From an uncultured delta proteobacterium (lineage in GTDB: Bacteria > Desulfobacterota > RBG-13-43-22), in the NCBI GenBank assembly GCA_963790475.1, contig CAWBOS010000006.1, forward strand, positions 1-64,000: 64,000 bases of DNA, read 5' to 3'. How positions within the stretch are numbered: position 1 is the first letter of the stretch; each line of letters begins with the position of its first letter. Positions 51,975 to 62,737 of this stretch are shown piece after piece. Position numbers and translations under genes: made by a program. Under the pieces are notes generated by a model. That model was not told where the DNA came from. It searched no databases and saw only the letters and a list, made by a program, of their open reading frames with translations.

Positions 51975-52612
51975 TCCCTCCCGGTCCGAACCGTTTCCAA
52001 AAAACACCGGAGACCCCGATGAGGATCAGGGCCGTCCCTAGAACCATGGATGTGGTGATGCGTTCCCCCCAACACCAGCCAGCCCAATAGGACGGCGATG
52101 ACCGGGTTGATATAGGCGTAGGTCATGACCACGGAAATGGGCAGGGTGCGAACAGCAATGATATAGGAGGTGAAGCTGATCAGCGAGCCGGCAATGACCA
52201 GATAGGCCCAGCCCAGCCAGGCCATGGGTATGGGGTGCGGCCAGGGTTCACCGGTTAGCAGCATGACCCCTGTCAACCCCAAACCTCCGAACAAATGTTG
52301 ATAGGCCGAAATCAAAATCGGTTTGCTCTCCGGAGGTCTGCGTTGCAGGAGCAGGGACCCTCCGGACCAGGCCATGGCGGCCGCCAAAAGCGCCGCCGTC
52401 GATGAAACGTCGGCGTGTAAGCCCTGTTTAAGGACCGGCATAACCAGGACGGCCAGCCCTGAAAAGCCGACCAACAGAGATAAGGCCAACAGAAGTGAGG
52501 GCGGCTTACGCTCCAGTATGGATTCCATGCGGATGAAGAGATAGGTACTGCCCCAGACCAGGTAAACTACGATCAGGTTCAGCATCCCCTTGGTGGAAAG
52601 GGAGTCAGACAT
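51975..52612 (-). pseudogene. EamA/DMT transporter with internal deletion and 3' frameshift
   Basis: VYLVWGSTYL.IR jumps directly to ESILERKPP..GFSG; YAYINPVIAVLLG; several TM helices missing. Confidence 0.7.
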
Positions 52613-52817
52613 AACTCCAAAGGAATAGTCGAGTTATCCTGAAAGGTCAACGACAAACCCTTCAGTGCCTCGACGTTGCGATGGATCTGATCAATTGATA
52701 TGGGGGAAGGGCAAGAAACCAAAATTTCTTTTTGACGAAGTCCCCAAGAAAAAGTATGATAGCCCGATTGTTTTATCAGACCATCTTAATTATATCAACA
52801 GATCGGGAGGAATCATC

Positions 52818-53849
52818 ATGGGAAAAAAATGTCTCGCCTTGACGGTTATCGGCATCCTCATCTTTGGAGTAGTATCCTTGGGACTTTGTGCAACCTATAA
52901 GCCGGAATATAAGATGAGTATTGTGGTCGGTCCCACCGGTCCCTGGGGAGAGGGTGCGGCCCGCTTTGCCGAAGCGGTAAAAAAGGCCACGGACGGTCGT
53001 ATCAATATCAAACCCTATTACAGCGGCCAACTCTTCGCCGGAAAACAAACCAACGAATTTCTTTTGATGAAGCAAGGGGTCATCGATTTCGCCCTCGGTT
53101 CGACCATAAACTGGTCCACGACCGTCAAAGAACTGAATCTTTTTCCCATGCCCTTTTTCTTCCCCAATTATAAGGCCCTTGATGCCGTGGAAAATGGGGA
53201 AACCGGGAAACGTCTCTCCAAAATGATTGAAGATAAAGGGGTGGTGGTTCTCGGTTGGGGAGAAAACGGCTACCGGGATCTGACCAACAGCAAACGGGCC
53301 GTCAAAAAACCGGAAGACCTCGAAGGGCTTAAAGTCCGGGTGGTGGGTTCCCCGATCTTTATTGACACCTTTAAGGCCCTGGGCGCCAATCCCGTCTCCA
53401 TGAACTGGGGGGAAGCCCTTTCGGCCTTCCAGCAGGGAACGGTTGACGGTCAGGAAAATCCCATCGTATCCGTCGTTATCCCCAACAAACTATGGCAGGT
53501 CCATAAATACATGACGGTCTGGGGGTATGCTATTGACCCCCTCATCCTCGGAATGAGCAAAGAGGTCTGGGACGGTCTGCCGCTTAAGGATAAAGAGGCC
53601 ATCAAAAAAGCGGCCGAGGAAACAGTGAAGTGGCAGAAGAAAGGGGCCCGCGAAGGGTTGGAAGGGACTATGCCGGCCCTGGAACAATTGAAGAAAAACG
53701 GCATGGAGGTTACGGTCCTTTCTCCTGATCAAAGCAAGGCCTTTATTAATAAAACCCGGCCTGTCTATGAAAAGTGGGAGAAAGACATCGGCCCGGACCT
53801 GGTTAAAATGGCCGAAAAAGAGGTCCAGCAAGCGGGAAAGAAAAGATAA
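52818..53849 (+). CDS. dctP: TRAP transporter substrate-binding protein
   Basis: Signal peptide, ENGYR, PEDL.GLKVRV, QQGTVDGQENP. Confidence 0.92.
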   Translation: MGKKCLALTVIGILIFGVVSLGLCATYKPEYKMSIVVGPTGPWGEGAARFAEAVKKATDGRINIKPYYSGQLFAGKQTNEFLLMKQGVIDFALGSTINWSTTVKELNLFPMPFFFPNYKALDAVENGETGKRLSKMIEDKGVVVLGWGENGYRDLTNSKRAVKKPEDLEGLKVRVVGSPIFIDTFKALGANPVSMNWGEALSAFQQGTVDGQENPIVSVVIPNKLWQVHKYMTVWGYAIDPLILGMSKEVWDGLPLKDKEAIKKAAEETVKWQKKGAREGLEGTMPALEQLKKNGMEVTVLSPDQSKAFINKTRPVYEKWEKDIGPDLVKMAEKEVQQAGKKR

Positions 53850-53988
53850 AATCATAAGAGAATTACTCCGGCCATCTGATTGGGGAGTTTTCGTCAAGGC
53901 GGACTTGAGGGTACAAGGCAGGCATTAGCCTTAGCCTTCTTCCCTCAAGTCCGCCTAGGAAAGAACGACCCTCAAAGGGTGATCTAAT

Positions 53989-54456
53989 ATGCTCAAAAAA
54001 ATTTTTGAACACGGGGAAGAGGCGGCCGGTGTATTTCTTCTTTTAATGATGTGCCTCCTGGCCTTTGCCAATGTGGTAACCCGTTATTTCATCCGTTATT
54101 CTTTTGCCTTTACCGAAGAAATAGAAGTGGCCTGCCTGGTTTGGCTTACCATGTTGGGTGCCTCCGCCGGATTCAGGAGAGGGATTCACTTGGGGTTTAA
54201 TCTCCTGTCTCTTCGTTTTCCCATTGTTGGGAAAAAGGTGCTTTCCCCCCTGGCGACCCTCTTGACCTTTGCCACGGTCTGTCTCCTGATCTGGTTCGGT
54301 GTCTCTCAGATGCGGGATGAAATCAGTCTGAACGTCCAAACCGAGGCCCTGAATATTCCCCAATGGTGGTACACCCTGGCCATTCCTGTGGGTGGGCTCT
54401 TAATTTTGATTCGCCTGATAGAAGCGGCCTGGAAAGAGCGGAAAGGGACCTCCTGA
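53989..54456 (+). CDS. dctQ: TRAP small permease
   Basis: NVVTRY, TEE, WL..LGA, IPVG. Confidence 0.9.
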   Translation: MLKKIFEHGEEAAGVFLLLMMCLLAFANVVTRYFIRYSFAFTEEIEVACLVWLTMLGASAGFRRGIHLGFNLLSLRFPIVGKKVLSPLATLLTFATVCLLIWFGVSQMRDEISLNVQTEALNIPQWWYTLAIPVGGLLILIRLIEAAWKERKGTS

Positions 54457-55739
54457 TGGAATCGGTCCTGCTGTTCTTCCTGGTCTTTTTGTTCCTCCTT
54501 CTACTGGGAGTGCCTGTGGCCACTTCCCTCGGATTTACTTCTATCCTGCTCATCGGAAATTATCATCTTGGAATCCAGGTTATCGCCTCCAACTTTTACG
54601 CCAATGTGGCCAAGTTCCAGCTCCTGGCCCTTCCTTTCTTTATCCTGGCCGGTCTTATCCTGGATCGCTGTGGAATATCCAAAAGGCTTATCCACTTTAT
54701 CAGCCTCTTGGTCGGGCCTATCCCCGGAGGACTGGCCATTGTGACTATCATCGTCGGAGTCATCTTTGCCGGCATTTCCGGATCGGGCCCGGCCGATACC
54801 GCCGCCCTGGGTGTCATCCTTTTTCCGGCCATGGTCGCCTTGGGATACCACCGGGGGTACACAGCCGCCCTGATCGCCAGTTCAGGTTCTCTGGCCATTG
54901 TCATTCCCCCCAGTATTGCCTTTATCATCTATGGGGTGATTACCAGTACCTCTATCCCGGCCCTTTTTGCCGCCGGTGTGATTCCCGGAGTAATCACCGC
55001 CTTGTTTCTCATCATCCCTTCCTATTTCATTGCCCGAAAATTTGGCTGGAAAGGAGAAAAATGGGGAACACCGGCCGAGATCTGGCAGGCCTTTAAAGAG
55101 GCCCTCTGGGGACTCCTGGCCCCGGTGGTCATTTTAAGCGGAATCTATGGCGGGGTCTTTACGGCCACCGAAGCAGCGGTGGTGGCGGTTTTTTACGGCC
55201 TCTTTTTGGGTCTGGTCATCTATCGAAGTCTTACCCTGCAAGCCCTCTACGATATCTTTAAAGATGCGGTCCTGTCTTCGGCCGTGGTCATGTTCATTGT
55301 CGCTTTTGCCGGTCTTTTTTCCTGGACCGGCGCCACTCTCGGGGTGATGGACAAGGCCTCCTCCAGCCTTCTTTCTCTCTCTTCCAACCCCATGGTCATA
55401 TTGCTGCTGATAAACTTCATGCTTTTTATCGCCGGCATGTTGATGGACGCCATTTCCATCTACTATGTATTTCTGCCTATTCTCATTCCCATCATGTCTT
55501 ATTTCCATTGGGACCCGGTCTGGTTTGGCGTGGTCATGACTCTGAATCTGGCGATCGGTCAAATCACTCCCCCGGTGGCGGTAAACCTTTACGTGATCGC
55601 CAATATCGCCGGCCTTTCCCTGGAGGATATATCCAAGTCGGTGATTCCTTTTATAGCCATAATGTTAGCAGCACTTTTGTTAACCATCTTTTTCCCGATT
55701 CTCTCCACCTTTTTACCGGCCTTTTTTGGTCTTAAATAA
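54456..55739 (+). CDS. dctM: TRAP large permease
   Basis: LALPFFILAG, SGS..AD, IPPSI, ITPPV. Confidence 0.92.
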   Translation: MESVLLFFLVFLFLLLLGVPVATSLGFTSILLIGNYHLGIQVIASNFYANVAKFQLLALPFFILAGLILDRCGISKRLIHFISLLVGPIPGGLAIVTIIVGVIFAGISGSGPADTAALGVILFPAMVALGYHRGYTAALIASSGSLAIVIPPSIAFIIYGVITSTSIPALFAAGVIPGVITALFLIIPSYFIARKFGWKGEKWGTPAEIWQAFKEALWGLLAPVVILSGIYGGVFTATEAAVVAVFYGLFLGLVIYRSLTLQALYDIFKDAVLSSAVVMFIVAFAGLFSWTGATLGVMDKASSSLLSLSSNPMVILLLINFMLFIAGMLMDAISIYYVFLPILIPIMSYFHWDPVWFGVVMTLNLAIGQITPPVAVNLYVIANIAGLSLEDISKSVIPFIAIMLAALLLTIFFPILSTFLPAFFGLK

Positions 55740-55901
55740 GTCGGGAGATCCCCAAGGCCTTGCCGTTTGGTTTTTCTCCTTGATTCCTTATGGAGGCTAT
55801 TCTATACTCTTTCTTACCAAGGAAAATTATTGGCAAATAAATTAACTGGTTAGATATCGCAGGCAGTAAAGATCATAGAAAAAGAGACCTCAGAAAAGCA
55901 T

Positions 55902-56885
55902 ATGTCCTTCACCCTTATTCAAGGCCAGGATAGGGCCATAGAAAATTTAAAGCAATCTCTCCAAAGGGACAAGCTCCACCATGCCTATCTCTTCAGCGGA
56001 CCTGAAGGGGTGGGGAAAAAGAAGACCGCCCTGGAGTTGGCCAAGGCCTTGAACTGCGACAACCCCGGTCCGGATGGCGGCTGCGATCAGTGCCCGGCCT
56101 GCCGGAAGATTGAAAACCGGATTCATCCGGACCTGATTCATTTAGAACCGGAAGGGGCCCATATCCGCATTGAGCAAATCCGGAATCTGGGCCAGCAGCT
56201 TTCCTATGGACCGGTGATGGGCCGCTCCCGTCTTTGCCTTTTGGACATGGCCTCGGACCTCAATGAACCGGCCGGCAATGCCTTTTTGAAAACCCTTGAA
56301 GAACCTCCGCCGGGGACAATTTTTGTCCTCCTGGTCAGGGACCCGGGTGAATTATTACCAACCCTGGTCTCCCGTTGCGTCTCCATCGGATTCAATCCCC
56401 TGTCTCTGTCCCTGATTGCCGATAAGCTGGTTACCGAAAAAGGGATGTCCCGGGAAGAGTCCCTGGCCTTAAGCCTGGTTTCCGGCGGGAGTCTGGGCAA
56501 GGCCTTTCAGTATATCAAAACTAATTTCTGGGAAAAACAAGAGGCCTGGATAACCCAGCTGGAAGGGTTCTCGCAGGCCGGGATGACCCAGTTGCTGGGT
56601 TGGGCCAAAAGCTGGCTGGGCTCCAGAGAAGAGACCCTGGAAAATCTGGAGATAGGCCAGTGGTGTTTGCGGGACCTGATCTGGGTCCGGGCCGGGCTGG
56701 AGGACAGGGTATCGCTCCGGCCCCATTTAAAAGAAAGGGTCAGGGCCCTGGCTTTTAGTCTGCCGGACACGGTCTGGCTAAAACGATTGACTTTAATCCA
56801 TCAAGCCTCCGTTTATAGTACCCAGAATGTTAACGCCCAGTTGAACTGGGAAGTTTTATTCCTCAAGATGGCCCGGGCCAATTAA
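55902..56885 (+). CDS. holB: DNA polymerase III subunit delta prime
   Basis: HAYLFSGPEGVGK, Zn motif C..CxxCxxC, HPD, NAFLKTLEEPP, SRC. Confidence 0.92.
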   Translation: MSFTLIQGQDRAIENLKQSLQRDKLHHAYLFSGPEGVGKKKTALELAKALNCDNPGPDGGCDQCPACRKIENRIHPDLIHLEPEGAHIRIEQIRNLGQQLSYGPVMGRSRLCLLDMASDLNEPAGNAFLKTLEEPPPGTIFVLLVRDPGELLPTLVSRCVSIGFNPLSLSLIADKLVTEKGMSREESLALSLVSGGSLGKAFQYIKTNFWEKQEAWITQLEGFSQAGMTQLLGWAKSWLGSREETLENLEIGQWCLRDLIWVRAGLEDRVSLRPHLKERVRALAFSLPDTVWLKRLTLIHQASVYSTQNVNAQLNWEVLFLKMARAN

Positions 56886-57013
56886 CAGGTTGCTGAAAAA
56901 GGCCCATCTACTTTGTTGCCCTCATCCTTCTCGTCATTGCGGCGTACTTCACCGTACGCCTCATTCCTCAGAATTTCGGGCGCCTCGCATCTGGACCCTT
57001 TTTGAGCAACCTG
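56886..57013. mobile_element. MITE-like element with terminal inverted repeats
   Basis: CAGGTTGCTGAAAAAGG ... CCTTTTTGAGCAACCTG, 128 bp, with internal hairpin GGCGTAC/GTACGCC. Confidence 0.65.
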
Positions 57014-57036
57014 CCAAAAAAGAGGTTTTTCGCATC

Positions 57037-58584
57037 CTAATTAAGGCCCGCATCAACCCACCGCTCATATTCGTTTTGCAGTACCTGTTTTTGAAGCTTG
57101 CCCATGGAGTTTCGAGGAAGGACAGAGCGGAAAAATATTTTTCGGGGACACTTATAACCGGCCAGACGGATCTTGCAAAATTGGATCAATTCCGAGGCCT
57201 CCGGGGAGCTTCCTTCTCTTAAGACCACCGCCGCCGATACCTGTTCCCCGAAATCCTCGTGGGCCAATCCAAAGACCGCCGCCTCTTGAACCGCGGCATG
57301 GTCTTCCAGGATGTTTTCGATTTCTTTGGGATAGACATTATACCCTCCGGTGATAATCAGTTCCCTGGCCCTGCCCACCAGGTAGAGACGCAAATGGTCT
57401 TCGGGATCCTGATAGCCCAGGTCCCCGGACTTGAACCAGCCATTGTTAAAAGATTCCCTCGTCTTCTCCGGCTGATTCCAGTAACCTTTAAACACATTAT
57501 TGCCTTTAATCCAGACTTCTCCGACTTCTCCGGGCCTGACATCAAGGCCCTCTTTACCGACCACACGAATCGACACCCCGTTCAGCGGATAACCGACACT
57601 TTTGACTTTCCTTAATTCCGAATCATAGGGATTAGAGGCAATCATTCCGGTTTCAGTCATACCGTATCTTTCCAAAAGGGTATGACCGGTCTGTTCCTTG
57701 AATCGATGGAAAAGCGGTTCCGGTAAAGGAGCTGATCCGGAGATAAAGATCCTTAGGGTTTCCAGGTTCGGCTTTCTTTCCAGAGTTTCCCAGGCCAGGC
57801 TCAACCGCTGGTAAATGGTGGGAACGGCCATGAGCATGGTACATCGTTCCTGTTCGAGAACTTGCCAGGCCTCCAAGGGATCAAACCGTTCTTTCATGAT
57901 CATGGTACTGCCGGCATAAAGAGTCCCATGAACCGCCACGGACAAGCCGTGGATATGAAAGAGGGGCAGGACATGCAACAGCCTATCCTGGCTGGTCCAG
58001 CGCCAGGCCTGGTTAAGGGCCTTCATGTTTTCGATCAGATTTTCATGGGTAATCATGGCCCCCTTAGAACGTCCGGTCGTACCCGAGGTGTAGCAGAGCA
58101 AGGCCACATCTTCCCCCCGGGTGGGATAAGAAAGCCCTTTTCCTATAGGGGCTTCTTTTAGATGGCCAAAGTCCTTAGGAACCTCCTGATCGAATACCAG
58201 AACCTGAAGGCCGGGAATCTGTTTTAAGACAGATTCCATCTCGGCCTCTTTTTCAGAATCGATGATCACCAGGGAGCTTCCCGAGTCGGAAAGGAAATAC
58301 GATATCTCCTCCGGCCGATAGGTCGGATTAAGGGGCAAGGCAATGGCCCCCAGCCCCAGGGTCGCCAAATAGTATTCGACAAAGATCAAACCTTTGGGAA
58401 GGAGAAAGGCCACCCGGTCGCCTTTACGGATGTTGAGATTAATCAGTACCCCGGCCGCCTTTTTGACTTGCCGATCCAGATCGGCAAAGGATGTCCATTG
58501 GTTTTTGATTCGGATAGCGTTTTGGGGACCAAAGGTTTGGGCCTTTTCCGACAGAATTTGAGCTAGGTTCATTCTTTTCTCCAA
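57037..58584 (-). CDS. AMP-binding acyl-CoA synthetase (MatB/malonyl-CoA synthetase-like)
   Basis: YTSGTTGRSKGAM, HVLPLFHIHGL, ERYGMTETGM, PRNSMGK. Confidence 0.9.
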   Translation of the reverse strand: MEKRMNLAQILSEKAQTFGPQNAIRIKNQWTSFADLDRQVKKAAGVLINLNIRKGDRVAFLLPKGLIFVEYYLATLGLGAIALPLNPTYRPEEISYFLSDSGSSLVIIDSEKEAEMESVLKQIPGLQVLVFDQEVPKDFGHLKEAPIGKGLSYPTRGEDVALLCYTSGTTGRSKGAMITHENLIENMKALNQAWRWTSQDRLLHVLPLFHIHGLSVAVHGTLYAGSTMIMKERFDPLEAWQVLEQERCTMLMAVPTIYQRLSLAWETLERKPNLETLRIFISGSAPLPEPLFHRFKEQTGHTLLERYGMTETGMIASNPYDSELRKVKSVGYPLNGVSIRVVGKEGLDVRPGEVGEVWIKGNNVFKGYWNQPEKTRESFNNGWFKSGDLGYQDPEDHLRLYLVGRARELIITGGYNVYPKEIENILEDHAAVQEAAVFGLAHEDFGEQVSAAVVLREGSSPEASELIQFCKIRLAGYKCPRKIFFRSVLPRNSMGKLQKQVLQNEYERWVDAGLN

Positions 58585-58590
58585 ATGTCA

Positions 58591-58733
58591 GAGACCTTTG
58601 CTAAATGCCCCCTCTTGGTCAATCTCTGCGTCAGGCTCAAATTTCAATCCTCGAAATATTAATTATATTCCTGTGGTTGAAATTTTCGCCTTCCTTGATC
58701 TTGGCCAAAGTTGAACATTTTTCAAAGATATCT
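58591..58733. repeat. Long imperfect-palindromic intergenic element (MITE-like)
   Basis: AGA..CTTTG..AAATG outer arms and AATTTCAA/TTGAAATT inner arms. Confidence 0.5.
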
Positions 58734-58831
58734 GCGATCGTTATCCCCTGAGATATTGACGTTTAATATTTTAATCTGTATTATCATAAGTTACGTTGAA
58801 ATGAAAAAAGAATCATAAAGGAGAATTCCCG

Positions 58832-59270
58832 ATGAAACTTCCGGAATACGTTACCATAAAAGAAGTGCAGCGGGTCTGCAAGGCCCTCGGTATCCGCGAT
58901 TGGACTATCATAAAAAAAGCCGAAGTCAAACCTGAAGAGGCCCGGATCATCTTAAATGAGGTTACCCCCAAAGGGATGAAAATCCCCCTCGATGAATTTC
59001 GCAGCGGCCTGGAGGTGGAGTTGGAGCATGGGACTCGTTATAAGGAGGCCAATGTCACCAACAACCATCCCCTGTTGACCGGCAAAATTGTGGTGGCTCA
59101 CCTGAATGGAATCCATGGATTATTACCGAGCGTCTCGATGTGGCTGAGATAGAAGGGGACCTGCTTAAGGCCTTTGTAGCCAACAACCTGACCAAGGCCG
59201 CGGTCAAATATAAGAAACTGCTCCGATCCAAGCGGGCTCTGGCGCAAACCGAAGAGAACTCTCTGGGTTA
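58832..59270 (+). CDS. Small conserved hypothetical protein (DUF5661-like), frameshifted near 59105
   Basis: GLEVELEHG..NVTN..LTGKI..AHL, continuing as ESMDYY.RLDVAEIE in another frame. Confidence 0.65.
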
Positions 59271-59439
59271 GTTTCCATCAATTAAGACGCTTCATCTTTA
59301 AGCCATTACCGCTTATCACCCTGAAGGCCCCTCCGGGCAAGGTCAATGGTATATTCTGATAGGAGCAGGATCTGAATGCACCTCTCATTCCCTTTGCCGT
59401 TCTAAATTTTGGGTGAAGTTCTATTAATGAGGGTTTTCT

Positions 59440-61804
59440 ATGAACGACAATCAAAAAACTAAAGCCCAGTTGCTGGTTGAGTTGGCAGACTTGCGTCGCC
59501 AGGTGGAAAAGCAAGAGGCCGTAAAAAAGTCAGGACTGGCCGGTGAGGAGAGGTATCTCACTATTCTTGAACAAATTGAAGATGGATATTACGAAGTTGA
59601 CTTGTCGGGGAAATACACCTTCGTCAATACCAGCGTTTGTAAGTATCATGGGCGCTCCCCCGATGAGTTGATAGGCCAGAGTTACCGGAAATTTTTTGCA
59701 AATCTTGAATCGGCCCAAAAAATTTTTAAAGTATACAACGAAATATACCGAACAGGCATCCCAGCTAAGATATTTGATTATCCTCTCCTCCGCAAGGATG
59801 GGGAAATCCGCCACCTGGAAGTTTCCGGTTCTCTGATCAAAGATCAAGCGGGAAAGGCAAAAGGTTTTCGAGGGGTTATCCGGGATATAACCGAACGTAA
59901 AAAGATGGAGGCCGAGCAGGAGAGATACCGGGCTTTCGTTGAAAATATAGCGGATGGGTGCTGGGAGATTGATCTGGCCGGCAATACGACCTTTATGAAT
60001 GAAACGACCTGCCGAGTGATGCAATATACCAGGGAAGAATTACTGGGCCTGAACAACCGGGCCTTTACGACCCCGGAAACGGCTAAGAAATTGTTCAAGG
60101 TTTTCAATGAAATTTACCGGACCGGACTTCCGGCCTATATGTCGGATTATCCTGTCATCCGTAAAGATGGTGGTACTATTGTTCTGGAATTGTCGGCCTC
60201 ATTGATCCGGGATGATGCCGGAAATCCTGTCGGCTTCCGGGGAATTACCCGGGATATATCCGAACGAAAAAAGATGGAGGTCGAGCAGGAGAGATACCGC
60301 GATTTCGTTGAGAACATAGCGGATGGGGTCTGGGAGGTTGATTTGGCCGGTAATATGACCTTATTTAATGAGGCCACTTGCCGGATGTTTGGATACCCAC
60401 GGGAAGAATTCCTGGGCCTAAACAACCGGGCCTATACCTCCCCGGAAACGGCTAAACAAACATTTAGACTATTCAATGAAATTTATCGAACAGGCTCGCC
60501 GGCAAAAATATTTGATTATGAAGTCATTCACAAGGATGGGACAGTCGGTACTCTGGAATTATCGGCCTCATTGATCCGGGATGAAGCCGGAAATCCTGTC
60601 GGCTTCCGGGGAATTACCAGAGATATCACCGAACGGAAAAGGATGGAAGCAGAAACGGCACGCCTTACAGAACAACTTAACCAGGCCCGAAAACTGGAGG
60701 CCGTCGGGACCTTGGCCGGGGGTATCGCCCATGACTTCAATAACCTGCTTATGGGGATACAGGGCTATACCTCTTTAATGCTTCTGGATACCGATCCCTC
60801 TCATCCCTTTTATGAAAAATTAAAAACCGTCGAGGCTCAGGTGAGGAGCGCCGCTGATTTAACAAGACAGTTATTGGGGTATGCCCGCGAAGGACGTTAT
60901 GAAGTCAAGGCAACCGACCTGAATGAATTAGTCGGCAAGACGGCTTCCCTTTTTGGAAGAACAAAAAAGGAAATCAGCATCCATCAAATCTTTGCCAAGA
61001 ACCTCTGGACTATTGAGGCCGACCAGGGACAATTGGAGCAGGTACTCTTGAATCTCTTCATGAATGCCTGGCAGGCCATGCCCGGAGGTGGTGCCCTTTA
61101 TCTGCAAACGGAAAATGTCCGGTTGGATGAATCTTATGTTGAGCCCTATGAAACGGCTCCCGGACCTTTTGTAAAGCTATCGGTAACGGATACGGGTATA
61201 GGTATGGATAGGGAGACGAAAGAACGGATTTTTGAACCCTTTTTTACGACCAAAGAAATGGGGCGGGGCACTGGTCTGGGTTTGGCCTCGACCTATGGTA
61301 TCATCCGCGGGCATAAGGGAATCATCACTGTTTACAGTGAAAAAGGGTATGGAACGACTTTCAACATTTACCTCCCGTCCTCACAAAAAGAAGCGCTCCA
61401 AGAAATACAGCCGTCCCGGGAAATTATGAAAGTGCAGGGAACCCTTCTCCTGGTTGATGATGAAAAAATAATTATCGAGGTAACGGGGGGCCATGATCAC
61501 CCAGTTGGGGTATCAGCTCCTGATCGCCCGCAGCGGTGAGGAGGCGGTGGAGATCTACCAGGCCAATTCGGAACGAATCGATTTGGTGATCATGGATATG
61601 ATCATGCCGGGGATAGGAGGCGGTGCGGCTTTCGACCTGATAAAATCCATCAATCCTCAGGTCAAGATCATCCTTTCCAGCGGGTTCAATTTGAATGGTG
61701 CGGCCGAAGAGATCATGAACCGTGGAGCTCGGGCCTTTCTCCAGAAGCCTTTCCGGTTTGATGATCTTTCAAGGGTGGTCCGGGAGGTTTTAGAAGCTCC
61801 ATGA
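59440..61804 (+). CDS. Hybrid sensor histidine kinase (3 PAS/PAC + HK + receiver), frameshifted at the G run near 61490
   Basis: Three PAS repeats, [26 protein letters not shown]; receiver continues in ORF 61493..61804 (MDMIMP, QKPF). Confidence 0.9.
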
Positions 61805-61855
61805 GATCCCGGCCCTCTTCTCCAGAGGGCCGGAATTTCCCGATATTTAAGAGGC

Positions 61856-62672
61856 CTACCAATACCAGTCGGTACCAATACCCATTTCATTAATTACGGA
61901 CTTGACGCCCTTGGTCTGTTTTGCCATCTGAAGAATGGTGTCAAGAGTTTTTTGAGATCCGAGGCTCCCTTTTAAAGTTACCGTCCCTGAATCGGCGGTG
62001 ACTTGAATAGAGGCTATCCGGGTTCGTTCGTTTTTGGCCAGGGAGGCCCAAACCCGACTGCTAAGCAATGAGTCTTCAAAGGTCTTTTGTGATTCGGGAG
62101 TGGGTTTAAAATCAGCCAAATTGATCCGGCAAGTGATAACCTCGCAGGCGTCATCAATAGTCATATGCTCAATATTTAACACCATATCGTAAAGGGCTGG
62201 ATCCGCCCATTCCAAACCATACAAAAAATAGGTCCATCTACTTCTTTCTTTATCCACCTTTTCAATATAATCGATAGCCTCGATTCGTTTAAAGTTCATT
62301 TGTTTCATGGCCGCTTTGATCCGGAATTCTTTATCGGCTATAACCCGTACTCGTAGAAGATTGGAAATTCCGACCAGAAGCATATGTCCCGGCATACCCA
62401 TGATAAACCAGGTTCCCATCCTTTGCATGTTCCAGGATTGAGGCCGTCAGGCACTTCAGATAGGCAATGCGCGGACCTATGGCATGTTGCCAGATGGAAG
62501 GTGGATTTTTAACCGCCGAGGTGAGTTTTTCCATACTGATGCCATATTCCTTCGTCGCCTCCTCTATAGCTTCCTCACGTCCAAGTCTTGGATACCCCAG
62601 CCGATTTGCCAGTTGTTCGGCAAGGGCATTACCCCCGCTGAAAGTTCCTCGTGAAATGGTAATGATCGCCAT
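61856..62672 (-). CDS. Cytidylate kinase-like protein with C-terminal BON domain, frameshifted near 62390
   Basis: IITISRG..SGG..A..LA..LGY, D.ER, W.DP.LYD.V.N, then G.VTL.G..GVKSVIN. Confidence 0.8.
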
Positions 62673-62737
62673 AGAAAACCTCCTGTCTATATAGTTAACG
62701 TATAAGATCCATCTTTCCTTTGTTCTTAGGGTACAAA

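Noticed and set aside
56890-57222. 110-aa ORF after holB
   Set aside because: Starts within a MITE-like repeat and runs antisense to the acyl-CoA synthetase
59880-60650. Long direct repeats in the kinase gene
   Set aside because: Ordinary tandem PAS domain duplication
128-62672. Programmed frameshifting or selenocysteine recoding in the many split genes
   Set aside because: Breaks are scattered indels in unrelated genes, some at homopolymers, and are not in-frame TGA; sequencing or assembly error is more parsimonious
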